Origin: Holosporaceae bacterium UBA7879
GTDB lineage: Bacteria > Pseudomonadota > Alphaproteobacteria > UBA7879
NCBI GenBank assembly: GCA_002500565.1
Contig: DLRV01000011.1
Location: 42,019 to 106,018 of the forward strand
DNA length: 64,000 nt
Direction: 5' to 3'
Shown: piece by piece, positions 1 through 10,284 of the stretch
Layout of the letters: each line of letters opens with the position of its first letter
Numbering within the stretch: the first letter of the stretch is position 1
Notes under the pieces: model-generated
What the model saw: only the letters and a program-made list of their open reading frames with translations
What the model was told of the DNA's origin: nothing
Database searches by the model: none
Translations under genes and position numbers: made by a program

Positions 1-5
1 TTTTT

Positions 6-962
6 TCACAAAGGATCACCAGTTATTTTTCCAAAAATTTGTATCGCATTTACCAATGTTTGTCGAGCATCAAGCCCAAGCTGATTATGCTGTCTCATCA
101 GCGCTAACAAATCTTGATAAGTATAGGCAATTTTATCCAAAGATGTTGCTTCAGCCCATTTAGAAAAATTCTCCACAGACAAAGAACATTGCTTGTTCAG
201 CAACTGATTTTTAATTTCTGACAACGTTAACAACAAGCCATTCATAAACAGATCAAACAGAGGTTTGTTTTTTTGCCCCGATAAACTTGGCACCATCTTT
301 AAAAGCAGCCGCGCATCTTCACTACATATAAGCTGGTCAATACCTGTCTCAAATCCAGAAAAGTCAAAATCAGTTGCTTGTTTAGCTGCCACAGGGTCGC
401 CATGCGTTAAAGCACATAACCATTTCAAAGTGTTCTCATCAGTTGTTAAACCAACTTCCTTAGCGGCTTCAACAAAAGTTTCATAATCATGATCTGCAAT
501 TGCATAAAATTGACAGCGCGATCGAATCGTTGCAATCACCCCATGTAAATGCGAGGCAATCAAAACAAAGAAAACATTAGCTGGTGGTGTTTCTAAAATC
601 TTCAGCAAAGCATTTTGGGCTTGATGTGTCATAGACTCTGCATGATCAATGATCAAGAATCTCGGCCCACCCGTCACAGATGATTTATATGCAAAGCTCC
701 GTGCCTGTCGAATGATATCAACAGATAGAGATTGACCCCCCTCTTCTTGCATTAAATGCCCTGCAACAAAAACATCTGGATTTATGCTTTCAAAAGAAAA
801 CACCTTACCGTGAACTTTTGTTAAAAGCTCCTGACACCCGATGATAGCAGCTCCATGATTGGGCCCATGCAACAGAATTCCTGGCGCAAGTCGGTTGCTT
901 TGCCACAAGCTATATAGTTGATCAAAAGTTTTTTGATTTTGCTCAGAAAGCTTTACCATCAA
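6..962 (-). CDS. holB: DNA polymerase III subunit delta' (clamp loader)
   Basis: 318-aa ORF; AAA+ like N-terminal region (LLHGPNHGAA), SRC motif (TIRSRCQ) characteristic of delta'; directly downstream of tmk as in the conserved tmk-holB pair. Confidence 0.85.
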   Translation of the reverse strand: MMVKLSEQNQKTFDQLYSLWQSNRLAPGILLHGPNHGAAIIGCQELLTKVHGKVFSFESINPDVFVAGHLMQEEGGQSLSVDIIRQARSFAYKSSVTGGPRFLIIDHAESMTHQAQNALLKILETPPANVFFVLIASHLHGVIATIRSRCQFYAIADHDYETFVEAAKEVGLTTDENTLKWLCALTHGDPVAAKQATDFDFSGFETGIDQLICSEDARLLLKMVPSLSGQKNKPLFDLFMNGLLLTLSEIKNQLLNKQCSLSVENFSKWAEATSLDKIAYTYQDLLALMRQHNQLGLDARQTLVNAIQIFGKITGDPL

Positions 963-963
963 T

Positions 964-1674
964 TCAAAACGAACCTTGGTCGTCTGGTTTTATTGGCGCA
1001 TCTAAAGGGGTCAAATCTATTCCCGTCCGGCGCCCTAGTGCCTGACAAATCGCTTGGTGTACTGGCAACTTGTCAGCTCTGGCATCAATGGTTTCAAATC
1101 GATCGTGCTTTGCAGCTAATGCTCGATATCCCTCTAACAATCTTTTTTGAAAATCTACCCCAAGCTTTTCAACCCGATCCATAGCATCTGGATTGCCAGA
1201 TTCAATCGCGCGCTTTTCAACGCGTTTAAACGAATCCTCCGCATCATTATCCATAAAAAAAGTGATGTCTGGCTCAAATCCATCAAGAACCAATTGATCA
1301 ATGCCTTTCACGAGCCCCAAAGGCAATTCGTGTGCAAAACATTGATAGGCAAGAGTTGAATCCGTAAAGCGGTCACAAATCACCCACTCGCCTCTGGCTA
1401 AAGCTGGTTTAATCACTTTTTCCACATGATCATATCGACCTGCATATAAAAGCAGCACTTCACTTATCGGTCGCCATGTATCCTTATCACCTTCTTTTAA
1501 CAGAGCTCGTATGCGCTCTGCCCCTTCAGTGCCACCTGGCTCGCGCGTCACAACAACTTTAATCCCTTGGTTTTCAAGAACTTTGGCTAACATCTTAACA
1601 TGTGTTGATTTGCCAACCCCATCAGCGCCTTCAAAGGTTATAAAGGTCCCTGGCTTCACGCACTCGCTCCCCAA
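964..1674 (-). CDS. tmk: thymidylate (dTMP) kinase
   Basis: 236 aa; P-loop FITFEGADGVGKST, DRF/lid region, typical Tmk length; 1 bp from holB. Confidence 0.9.
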   Translation of the reverse strand: MGSECVKPGTFITFEGADGVGKSTHVKMLAKVLENQGIKVVVTREPGGTEGAERIRALLKEGDKDTWRPISEVLLLYAGRYDHVEKVIKPALARGEWVICDRFTDSTLAYQCFAHELPLGLVKGIDQLVLDGFEPDITFFMDNDAEDSFKRVEKRAIESGNPDAMDRVEKLGVDFQKRLLEGYRALAAKHDRFETIDARADKLPVHQAICQALGRRTGIDLTPLDAPIKPDDQGSF

Positions 1675-2897
1675 ATAATGTAATACAGAGCAGAAAGAGC
1701 TCGACCAAAGAAGCCAACTTCATGCACCGCTTCAGCCGCAACAATTGGATATCTCCAAGTTCGATCTAGAGTTTCAACTGTTAAAACGCCTACTCGTTGC
1801 CCTTGCTTAATTGGCGCTTCAATTGGATCATTATATGTGTATGTAACCTTTAGGCGTTTTCGTTCTTTTTGCGATAGTGTCAAACGCACCCGCTCTGGAA
1901 CCATAAGTGTTACCTTCTTCTGCGCGCCCAACCAAACGCGTGCTTCGCCCAAAACATGCCCAGCTTCAAACAACGTATAATTTTTATATTCTCTAAAAGC
2001 CCATTTCAGAATTTTTTCTCCGGTTTGCAAGCGTTCTTTTTCAGACTTGCAGCCATTAAGGACCAAAATCAGCCGCATTCCATCCTGAATTGCTGAGGCC
2101 ACAATTCCGAAACCAGCTGCATCGGTATTTCCTGTTTTAATCCCATCCACAGGAAGCTGAGAACGAAACAAGAACTGGTTCCGGTTCGCTTGATGAATAT
2201 TGTTGTATTTAAAGCTCTTTTCAGCAAAATAGTGATAATACTGAGGGTAAAGTCGTATTATTTGCATACCTAACAGCGCTAGATCTTGAGCTGTTGAAAA
2301 ATGATTTGCATCCGGCAGGCCTGAGGCATTAACAAAGTTGGTATTCTTCAGCCCAAGCTCTTTTAATCGCTCGGTCATCTGCATTGCGAATTGCCCTTCA
2401 TCCCCGGCAATTCCCTCAGCTATAACCGTTGTTGCATCATTGCCAGACTGCACAACAATGCCACGAATCAAGTCTTCTACTTTCACATTTGTGTTGGGCT
2501 CAAGAAACATACGTGATCCCTGCTTTTTCCATGCATTAACACTCACGTTGAATGTATCATCAAGAGATAACTGACCATTTTGTAATTGCTCAAAGACCAT
2601 CATCAATGTGGCAATCTTCGTCATAGAAGATGGCGGCATCTGCTTGTCGCCATTCTTTGATAAAAGAACACGGCCCGTTTCAGGCACGACAAGGAAAATC
2701 TGCTCTGCCCCTTGCAACAAAGGGCTGCCATCAGGGACAGGGTTTTGAAACCCCATCTCCGCCGCACTTTTAACTTCTTGATCTTGAGTGCTAACAATTT
2801 TTCCCGGCTCAGGATTAGCTGTTATCATTCCCGGCAGCAGCATTAAAACCGCAAGCATTAGAAAGCTTATTTTTCTCTTGATCATCCTTAAATCCAT
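1656..2897 (-). CDS. D-alanyl-D-alanine carboxypeptidase (PBP5/6-like, serine-type)
   Basis: ORF 1656..3020; likely start is Met at 2897 (MDLRMIKRK, GGAG-type RBS upstream), followed by a signal peptide; SxxK active-site motif (PSSMTK), SGN motif (VQSGND) and KTG (IKTGNT) present; conserved alphaproteobacterial neighbour of rlpA/tmk. Confidence 0.8.
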   Translation of the reverse strand: MDLRMIKRKISFLMLAVLMLLPGMITANPEPGKIVSTQDQEVKSAAEMGFQNPVPDGSPLLQGAEQIFLVVPETGRVLLSKNGDKQMPPSSMTKIATLMMVFEQLQNGQLSLDDTFNVSVNAWKKQGSRMFLEPNTNVKVEDLIRGIVVQSGNDATTVIAEGIAGDEGQFAMQMTERLKELGLKNTNFVNASGLPDANHFSTAQDLALLGMQIIRLYPQYYHYFAEKSFKYNNIHQANRNQFLFRSQLPVDGIKTGNTDAAGFGIVASAIQDGMRLILVLNGCKSEKERLQTGEKILKWAFREYKNYTLFEAGHVLGEARVWLGAQKKVTLMVPERVRLTLSQKERKRLKVTYTYNDPIEAPIKQGQRVGVLTVETLDRTWRYPIVAAEAVHEVGFFGRALSALYYIIWGASA

Positions 2898-2901
2898 CTC
2901 C

Positions 2902-4110
2902 CTACTCCATAACAATGTGGACATCACCATGACCAACATCCAATATCTTATCCATAACTTCTTGAGCTTTTGCAGCATCATCGTATGGACCATACCGCAC
3001 CCGGTAGATCGTTTGACCATAGCGATCTAATTTCTCGATATTGGCCTGTCCTACAGAAGATAACATTGAGGAAATCTTCTCAGCATTTTGTTGGCTGCTA
3101 AAGGCTCCGACTTGAACATAAGACTTGCCATAAGAATTCATCGCAGCCACATCATCAACTGCTTTTGCAGCTGCTTGTACGGGCTTATCTTCAGGCGTTG
3201 TTAATGGCGCTTTGGCAACAGGTTCAGAAGTTACAACCTTGGTATTTTTGGTTTCACTTAAAGCTGAAACCACGCCAGCTAAAGAATCATCTTTATTTTC
3301 AGAGGCATACGTTTCTGGATTAGCCGTTGTGGCATCAACAATAGTCGGCGTTTGTGGCTCTTTGGTTGCAGAACCAGTCGTCATCTCTATTGTTTCATCT
3401 TTAACCGTTACAAGACCAGGAGAAGCGGTTGGCATAACTTGTGCATTTGGATCATTCTTTACAAATTGATTTTGCGCATAAGAAGCAACGGCCATACTTT
3501 CTTCTGGCATCAACTCAACCCGCACCTTGGCCGTTCCTTTGGCAATAAACCCAAGCAGCTCTGAGGCTTTACGGGACAAGTCAATAATGCGGTCATTTAC
3601 AAAAGGGCCGCGGTCATTAACCCGTACAAGAAGCGATCGTCCATTTTCCAAATTGGTCACCCGCACAACACTTGGCAGGGGTAATGTTTTATGTGCCGCT
3701 GTTACCAAATCCATATCAAAATATTCACCATTGGCGGTAATTTTTTGGTGAAACCCGGGCCCATACCAAGAGGCAATACCGATTTCATCATACTTGGCAT
3801 CTTCTTTCGGGAAATACCAAATCCCATTCACTTTATAGGGCTTGCCTAATTTATAAATCCCCTCACCTTTCATATCAAACCAAGCAGGCTTTTCATCTGA
3901 TTCTTTTATTTCAAAAACTGATTTATCAAAACGTTTAGATTCACTTGAAATCATTCGATTTTCATCATCAATAATTGATCTTTGCGAACACTGAGATAAA
4001 AGCAAAAGAGCTGACAAAGCCAACAAGCCTTTTCTAAATTCTTTTGTGAATGAAAATAGTGGAAACGAAAAATTCATAAAAGTCTCTCTTTTTGGGTTAC
4101 ATACAAACAA
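2902..4110 (-). CDS. rlpA: septal ring lytic transglycosylase RlpA family protein with C-terminal SPOR domain
   Basis: 402 aa; lipoprotein-like N-terminus (LLSQCSQ), DPBB/RlpA core (IASWYGPGFHQKITANGEYFDMD...VRVNDRGPF), SPOR-like C-terminus; rlpA-dac-tmk-holB order is the alphaproteobacterial synteny. Confidence 0.8.
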   Translation of the reverse strand: MFVCNPKRETFMNFSFPLFSFTKEFRKGLLALSALLLLSQCSQRSIIDDENRMISSESKRFDKSVFEIKESDEKPAWFDMKGEGIYKLGKPYKVNGIWYFPKEDAKYDEIGIASWYGPGFHQKITANGEYFDMDLVTAAHKTLPLPSVVRVTNLENGRSLLVRVNDRGPFVNDRIIDLSRKASELLGFIAKGTAKVRVELMPEESMAVASYAQNQFVKNDPNAQVMPTASPGLVTVKDETIEMTTGSATKEPQTPTIVDATTANPETYASENKDDSLAGVVSALSETKNTKVVTSEPVAKAPLTTPEDKPVQAAAKAVDDVAAMNSYGKSYVQVGAFSSQQNAEKISSMLSSVGQANIEKLDRYGQTIYRVRYGPYDDAAKAQEVMDKILDVGHGDVHIVME

Positions 4111-4164
4111 AAACTAAGATAATACAAAAACCCCATTGGGTCATCTAAAAACCCAGATTTTTAT

Positions 4165-4998
4165 TTATTCTTCTTCGGGGGCTTGGATTAATAATCCTGG
4201 TTCATTTTTGCGGGTTAATTTACCTGAAATCACAATCAGTAAAATTGATAAAATAAAAATCATCACAGCCGCTAAAGCGTTTATTTCTGGGGTTAAGCCA
4301 AATTTAATGCTTGAGAAAATCGCCATAGGCAACGTTGTCACCTCTGCCCCTGAAACAAAGCTGGCCACAACCAAATCATCAAACGATAAAATAAAAACAA
4401 GCAGCCATGAGGCAACTAGTGTCGGCGCAATAATCGGAATCGTGATCTTGAAAAAAATGCCTAATGGTGTTGCGCCCAGATCCATGGCTGCTTCAATAAT
4501 CGCTGCATCAAAATTGCGCAACCGGTTACGAATCATAATAAACGCATAGGCCATTCCAATGGTTGCATGGGCAATAATAATGGTAATCATGCCACGATTT
4601 CTTGGTAATCCCACCCAGTCTTGCAAAACCAAGTAGGCCATTAAAAATGCCATCCCTAATACCACTTCAGGCAAAACCATGGGCGCTATACTGATAAAAG
4701 ATAAAAACCCCCGCCCACGCATCATGGGGAAACGCGTATAAGCAACCGCGGCAATGGTGCCAATAATCACAGCAATGGTTGCTGCACAAAAGGCAACCTG
4801 CAAACTAATTCCAGCCGCTTTCATCAACACATTATTTTGCCAAAGTTGCGCATACCATTTAAAAGAAAAACCTTCCCAAACCGTCACAAATCGCGAAGAG
4901 TTGAACGAATACACAACCACATAAACCAAGGGAGCCAACATAAACAAATACCCCAAGGCCAGAAAGCCGCGCATCCGTGGAAACAAACCGTTCATCAT
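4165..4998 (-). CDS. potC: ABC transporter permease, PotC/PotI-like (polyamine)
   Basis: ORF 4165..5082; probable start at ATGATG at 4998, overlapping the potB stop in ATGA fashion; 6 TM-type hydrophobic segments and an EAA-like loop. Confidence 0.7.
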   Translation of the reverse strand: MMNGLFPRMRGFLALGYLFMLAPLVYVVVYSFNSSRFVTVWEGFSFKWYAQLWQNNVLMKAAGISLQVAFCAATIAVIIGTIAAVAYTRFPMMRGRGFLSFISIAPMVLPEVVLGMAFLMAYLVLQDWVGLPRNRGMITIIIAHATIGMAYAFIMIRNRLRNFDAAIIEAAMDLGATPLGIFFKITIPIIAPTLVASWLLVFILSFDDLVVASFVSGAEVTTLPMAIFSSIKFGLTPEINALAAVMIFILSILLIVISGKLTRKNEPGLLIQAPEEE

Positions 4999-5897
4999 AG
5001 GTCTCCCTTTTTTTGTGCGCGATATATTGGCACCATCAATACCAACAACAATGCAATCGATAACATCGAGGCCATTGTCCAATCACGGTTAAAGAAAAAC
5101 TCTTCCCATATTACCCGGCCAAACAATACCGATTTACTGCCTCCCAATAAAATAGGAATAATGATTTCGCCCAAAGCTGGGATAAACACAAAGAAACATC
5201 CCGTGAAAATCCCTGAAAGCGTGTTAGGTAACATCACTTGCCTAAAAGATGCCCAAGGCCGACATCCCAAATCAGCTGAGGCCTCAATCAAAGACCAATC
5301 AAATTTTTGCAAGGTGCTGTAAAGTGGCAACAACATAAATGGCAAATAGCAATAGACCATCCCCAGCACCACAGCAAAGTCAGTGTGAAGCATCTCTAGG
5401 GGTTGACTAATCAAACCAATTTTCATCAAAGCCATATTGATGATTCCATCGGTGTTTAGTAAACCAATCCAGGCATAAACCCGCAGTAAAAAAGATGTCC
5501 AAAACGGTAAAAGAATCAACAAAAGCAAACTTGGTTGCCAGCGCTTGGGCATCATGACCAAGCCAATCGCCATTGGGTATGCCACCAGCAAGGCAATAAA
5601 AGTTGATAACCCTGCAATTTTTATAGATCGCCAAAACGCATAAACATAGAGTTTTTCGTTAAATAAGTCATAGAGGTTAGCTAGGTAAATTTTAAACTCG
5701 ACAGCTTCCCAAGAAAAATGAGTTAATATATCTTTGTAGGGTGGCACTTGAATGTAGGGTTCGGAAAAGGCAACTTTAATAATTTGCAGAAAGCCTAGAA
5801 AAAAAACCGGGAGGACCCAGGCATATACACAAACAGACAACAAAACAGCCGTCCAAGTCTGTGAGGGGTTTTTTATATTTTTCAGTGCCTTCCACAT
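4995..5897 (-). CDS. potB: ABC transporter permease, PotB/PotH-like (polyamine)
   Basis: 300 aa polytopic membrane protein with the ABC permease EAA-like region (EASADLGCRPWASFRQVMLP). Confidence 0.7.
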   Translation of the reverse strand: MWKALKNIKNPSQTWTAVLLSVCVYAWVLPVFFLGFLQIIKVAFSEPYIQVPPYKDILTHFSWEAVEFKIYLANLYDLFNEKLYVYAFWRSIKIAGLSTFIALLVAYPMAIGLVMMPKRWQPSLLLLILLPFWTSFLLRVYAWIGLLNTDGIINMALMKIGLISQPLEMLHTDFAVVLGMVYCYLPFMLLPLYSTLQKFDWSLIEASADLGCRPWASFRQVMLPNTLSGIFTGCFFVFIPALGEIIIPILLGGSKSVLFGRVIWEEFFFNRDWTMASMLSIALLLVLMVPIYRAQKKGDL

Positions 5898-5910
5898 ACT
5901 TAAACCAACC

Positions 5911-7056
5911 TCACGACATCAGCACAACAACGTTGCTAGGATCCCAACTCAAGAAGACCTGATCATCCCAAGTGATTTTTCCTTCAGAGGCCCGTATATT
6001 ATTTGGGATCATTGCTTGCATGGTTTTATCGCTATTTTCTAAGCGCACGTGATAAATCGATACGTCTCCTAAATAAGCAATATCTTCAACCAAACCCGTT
6101 ACATGATTATAATCACGTTTAGTAAAACGTTTGGAAATATGAACTTTCTCCGGCCGTAAAGCCATGCTGACAATTGATCCTTCCGGCACACTCACAGCAG
6201 GAGAGACAGCAGCTGGCAGTTCAAAATCTTGCACATCTAAAATCAGGTGGTCATCCTTTTCATCAACCACCATACCGTCAAATAAATTAATCGTCCCAAT
6301 GAAGTTGGCAACGTACCTAGAGTTGGGGAATTCATAAATCTCTTGCGGTGTTCCGAGTTGGGCAATTTGTCCCTCTTCCATCACCGCCAAACGGCTGGCC
6401 ATCGTCATCGCTTCTTCTTGGTCATGCGTTACCGTTAAAAATGTCCCCCCCACAGTTTCTTGAATGTTCACCAATTCAAACTGTGTTTTTTCCCGCAATT
6501 TACGGTCCAACGCCGCCAGCGGCTCATCCAGTAACAACAACTGCGGTTGTTTGGCCAATGATCGTGCTAAAGCCACCCGTTGCCGCTGTCCACCTGATAA
6601 TTGGTGTGGTTTGCGCTTGGCCAGATCGGCCATTTCAACCAAGCGCAAGCTGTGCTCAACCCGCTCTTGAATGGTGCTCGAAGTTAAGTTTTCCTGCTTC
6701 AAGCCAAAAGCTACATTTTGCTGCACAGTTAGATGTGGGAACAATGCATAGGATTGAAACATCATACTTACCGGCCGTTCATAAGGTGGCACCCGGGTAA
6801 TGTCCACGCCATTCAAATAGATCTTGCCTTTGCTCGGCTCTTCAAAACCCGCTAATGTCCGCAGCAAAGTTGTCTTGCCACAACCCGAAGGACCCAGCAA
6901 ACAAAAGAATTCCTCTTGGTAAATCTCCAGATTCACATTTTTAAGAATCGGCACCCCTTCGTAATCTTTACTCAGGTTTTCCAAAATCAAATAAGGCGTA
7001 ACATCTGGATCTTGCCAAGGTTCAAGTTTTAAATTTTTACGATAATATTTCCGCAT
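5911..7056 (-). CDS. potA: spermidine/putrescine-type ABC transporter ATP-binding protein
   Basis: 381 aa; Walker A GPSGCGKTT, signature LSGGQRQR, Walker B LLLLDEP, C-terminal TOBE-like domain as in PotA/MalK family. Confidence 0.8.
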   Translation of the reverse strand: MRKYYRKNLKLEPWQDPDVTPYLILENLSKDYEGVPILKNVNLEIYQEEFFCLLGPSGCGKTTLLRTLAGFEEPSKGKIYLNGVDITRVPPYERPVSMMFQSYALFPHLTVQQNVAFGLKQENLTSSTIQERVEHSLRLVEMADLAKRKPHQLSGGQRQRVALARSLAKQPQLLLLDEPLAALDRKLREKTQFELVNIQETVGGTFLTVTHDQEEAMTMASRLAVMEEGQIAQLGTPQEIYEFPNSRYVANFIGTINLFDGMVVDEKDDHLILDVQDFELPAAVSPAVSVPEGSIVSMALRPEKVHISKRFTKRDYNHVTGLVEDIAYLGDVSIYHVRLENSDKTMQAMIPNNIRASEGKITWDDQVFLSWDPSNVVVLMS

Positions 7057-7300
7057 ATGTTTTTAGTGACTAGAATTATAATTTTTATAACATATCATTC
7101 TTAGACACTAAGATAAAATGATTCTATAAAGCCATTAATAATTAGCCAGATAGGGGTGAATAATCTCACTGCAATATTAAAAAAATCTGACTGGACAGAT
7201 AAGCAGTAAAAGAGCTTAAGGAAAAAACAACTTTAGAAATGCCTATTTTTCTTCATCATCTCCCCCTCATGAACAAGATATTAATTCCTTTTCAAATATG

Positions 7301-7330
7301 TTGACGCAGCCTCGCCTCTGGTGCCATATT
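7301..7330 (+). promoter_or_regulatory. candidate sigma70-type promoter (TTGACG -18 bp- CATATT) upstream of small lipoprotein gene
   Basis: -35 TTGACG at 7301-7306 and -10 CATATT at 7325-7330, GGGAG RBS at 7344-7348, ATG at 7359. Confidence 0.3.
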
Positions 7331-7358
7331 AGGTCAAAATATCGGGAGTATTCCAACA

Positions 7359-7553
7359 ATGAAAAAAACAGTTACTTGTCTAGCCCTCGTTGCATCAATG
7401 TTCATTCTCAGCCAATGCAGTAATATGAATACCAGCACCAACTCCATAACCCGCTGTCAAGACCACTGCCGTGACAAAGGCATGTTGATAGACTTTGATC
7501 AAACACAACTTCAAGGCAAGTGTGTGTGCGATTGGGAAAAAGAAATTTCTTAA
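7359..7553 (+). CDS. small Cys-rich lipoprotein (hypothetical)
   Basis: 64 aa; signal peptide with lipobox LSQC; 6 further Cys in the mature part. Confidence 0.45.
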   Translation: MKKTVTCLALVASMFILSQCSNMNTSTNSITRCQDHCRDKGMLIDFDQTQLQGKCVCDWEKEIS

Positions 7554-7571
7554 CATCTCCAAAGGACAGTT

Positions 7572-7793
7572 GTGCAATTGTTTAGATCTTCATTTTTACT
7601 CATAGTTTGTTTATTGACTTTAAACCAATGCTCGAATGGGTATCCAAATTTTGCAACTGTCCCTCCCCGTCAACCAGAGCGCATTCCACTAGAAGAAGTT
7701 CGAGAAGATTTAGACGAAATGGTTGAAGAAAACGCGCTGCAAAAAGAATTGGGCAAAAATGCACTGGGTAATAACTTTCAGCCCAAACGTTAG
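7572..7793 (+). CDS. small lipoprotein (hypothetical)
   Basis: 73 aa; signal peptide with lipobox LNQC; tandem with the preceding lipoprotein gene. Confidence 0.4.
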   Translation: MQLFRSSFLLIVCLLTLNQCSNGYPNFATVPPRQPERIPLEEVREDLDEMVEENALQKELGKNALGNNFQPKR

Positions 7794-7823
7794 ATAGTTG
7801 CATTTAACAAAATAAAACAAAGT

Positions 7824-9575
7824 ATGATTTCTGATTCCTCAGACAATTCGGCCTCTAACACCCTGTGGTCTCTTTATCCCGCATCCTCCGAAGCTTCTCT
7901 CCTTGCTAATCACCACAACATCTCTCCGCGCCTTGCGCAACTCATGCTTAATCGCGGCGTTAACCCTCAAGAATTTTCAGATTTTTTAAACCCAACCCTG
8001 GCCACCACCACACCAGATCCCTCTCACTTATTGGATATGGACAAAGCTGTTGATAGAATTCTTAAGGCTTTAAAAAATAATGAAAAGATAACCGTTTTCG
8101 GCGACTATGATGTTGACGGCGCTACTTCCAGCGCCAGCCTCATCCTTTTTTTCAGAGCTCTTGGCCATGATCTTGATTTTTATATCCCTCAGCGTGATCA
8201 AGAAGGATACGGGCCAAATATTCCTGCTTTCGATAAACTTAAACAGCAAGGCACACAGGTTGTCATTACCGTTGATTGCGGCGCTACAGCGCATGAACCG
8301 CTTGCCTATGCCAGAAAAATCGGCCTGGATGTCATTGTTCTCGATCATCATCTTGGCGTTGAACAACCACCAGAAACCTGCGCACTCGTCAATCCCAACC
8401 GCCCCGATGAATCAACAAGCCACACCAATCTAGCGGCAGTGGGCGTTACGTTTCTTTTCATCATTGCCCTACGTCAACGTTTGCGACAAAACGGTCACTT
8501 TAGTGACGCGCAGCCAGAGCCTAAACTCACAGACCTTGTCCCCCTCGCCGCCCTTGGCTCTGTCTGTGATGTCATGACATTGCAAGGCTTCAATCGCACC
8601 TTGGTAAAGCAAGGCCTCAAAGTTTTAGACAGCGGCCATATCCTTCCTGGCCTGCAAGCGCTTATTCAAGAATCATCTCTAACCCCACCGTTTAAAGCAT
8701 CACAATTCGGGTTTATCTTGGGTCCGCGTATTAACGCAGCCGGTCGGATAGACGATGCCTCCCTCGGTACTCGCCTTCTATCAAAAGATAGTCTTGATGA
8801 TGAGGCCCAGCAAATTGCTCAGCGCCTTCATCACCTCAATCAAGAACGTCAATCTCTGGAACAGGCCACGCTGCAAGCCGCCAAAAACCAAATTCCGCAA
8901 AATCTAACAGACAACTTCGTGCTTGTGACTGGTCACGATTGGTCAGCCGGCGTTATTGGCTTGGTCGCAGGCCGCTTAAAAGAAGCATATCACAAGCCTG
9001 CTTTTGCCATCAGTTATGATGCATCTGGAACAGGCAAAGGGTCGGCCCGGTCCATTAATGGCTTTGATGTCGGCACGATTATTCAACAAGCTGTAGCAAA
9101 AGGCCATTTACAAAGTGGTGGGGGGCATGCCATGGCCGGCGGCTTTACCCTTAAAAAGGATCAACAGCTAGCCTTTGAAACCTTTCTGAAAAAACAAACC
9201 CAAAACCTTGTCACAACCCGCACATACAATATCGATGCCCCACTAAGCCTTGATGCTGTTAACATTACCACCTATAACGAGCTTGCACAGTTAGAGCCCT
9301 ATGGCAATGGCAATCCAAAGCCTTTGTTCTTGTTCAAAGACTGTTCGATTAAATTTTGCACGGTTATGGGCAAAAATCATATACGCTTAACGTTGGTTAA
9401 TGGATTTGGCGCCCAAGCAACAGCTGTTTTGTTCCGTGCCTTTGAACGGCCCTATGGCCATGAACTCCTCGATTCAATTGGCAAGCAAATTGACCTGATT
9501 GGCTCTTTAAATTTAAACAGGTACAATGGATCTGAAACCATTCAAATTTTGGTTGATGATCTCAAGTTTCTCTAA
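7824..9575 (+). CDS. recJ: single-stranded-DNA-specific exonuclease RecJ
   Basis: 583 aa; DHH motifs (VFGDYDVDGATS, DHH at LDHH), DHHA1 region (GGGHAMAGG) and C-terminal OB-like domain. Confidence 0.85.
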   Translation: MISDSSDNSASNTLWSLYPASSEASLLANHHNISPRLAQLMLNRGVNPQEFSDFLNPTLATTTPDPSHLLDMDKAVDRILKALKNNEKITVFGDYDVDGATSSASLILFFRALGHDLDFYIPQRDQEGYGPNIPAFDKLKQQGTQVVITVDCGATAHEPLAYARKIGLDVIVLDHHLGVEQPPETCALVNPNRPDESTSHTNLAAVGVTFLFIIALRQRLRQNGHFSDAQPEPKLTDLVPLAALGSVCDVMTLQGFNRTLVKQGLKVLDSGHILPGLQALIQESSLTPPFKASQFGFILGPRINAAGRIDDASLGTRLLSKDSLDDEAQQIAQRLHHLNQERQSLEQATLQAAKNQIPQNLTDNFVLVTGHDWSAGVIGLVAGRLKEAYHKPAFAISYDASGTGKGSARSINGFDVGTIIQQAVAKGHLQSGGGHAMAGGFTLKKDQQLAFETFLKKQTQNLVTTRTYNIDAPLSLDAVNITTYNELAQLEPYGNGNPKPLFLFKDCSIKFCTVMGKNHIRLTLVNGFGAQATAVLFRAFERPYGHELLDSIGKQIDLIGSLNLNRYNGSETIQILVDDLKFL

Positions 9576-10284
9576 CCGCTGGCAATGTGCAAATTGAGAT
9601 CCCATCGCCAATCGGCAGCATCGTCACAATCATGCTCGTTTGTTCCACAAGCCACTGATTAAAGCCCTTAATTTTATCAATCAGCTTGTGCTCTACCCCC
9701 ACAACAGAATGATCTCGAAATCCTAAAACATTATCAATTATCAATAAACAGCGTTGATCTGTCCGCAAATTCAAGCAAAGCTCAACATGTTTTTGTAAAT
9801 TTTTTTTGCTGGCATCAATAAAAAAACAATCAAACTTTTTGCCTTGTTCGATTAATAGTCTAAGCGCTTGGTCCGCGTCATGATGAACAAAAGTTATGCG
9901 TTTACCAACCCCGGCTTGCCGCCAAAAATCTTGTGCGAGGGCCAATCCTTGATCAGATCGATCAATCGTTGTCAGATGCGCCTTTGATCCATACGTCAGC
10001 CATAGCGCACTATATCCTGCATAGGTACCAATTTCTAAAATTTGTTGCGGCTGAAATAATTGGCTCAACATGGCTAATGTCTGCCCCGTTTGAACAGAAA
10101 TAATGTTATGCGCGGTATCAGGAAACTGCTTTATAATCGCCTGGCGCATGTCAGCAAGATCGTCTGGAACAATGCTCGAATGATTTAAGCAATAGTTTAA
10201 TAAGGATTGGTTCACTGAATTAGAAATTTTTCTCTGATCGCCATTTAATATTACACCCAATACTTGGATGCTGCTCTCGATCAT
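9562..10284 (-). CDS. class I SAM-dependent O-methyltransferase (caffeoyl-CoA OMT-like)
   Basis: 240 aa; SAM motif I ILEIGTYAGYSALWL, motif DASK (FIDASK) typical of OMT family 3. Confidence 0.65.
   Translation of the reverse strand: MIESSIQVLGVILNGDQRKISNSVNQSLLNYCLNHSSIVPDDLADMRQAIIKQFPDTAHNIISVQTGQTLAMLSQLFQPQQILEIGTYAGYSALWLTYGSKAHLTTIDRSDQGLALAQDFWRQAGVGKRITFVHHDADQALRLLIEQGKKFDCFFIDASKKNLQKHVELCLNLRTDQRCLLIIDNVLGFRDHSVVGVEHKLIDKIKGFNQWLVEQTSMIVTMLPIGDGISICTLPAVRET

Noticed and set aside
8070-8433. ORFs of 98 and 108 aa inside recJ
   Set aside because: Overlap the RecJ DHH domain coding region; spurious.
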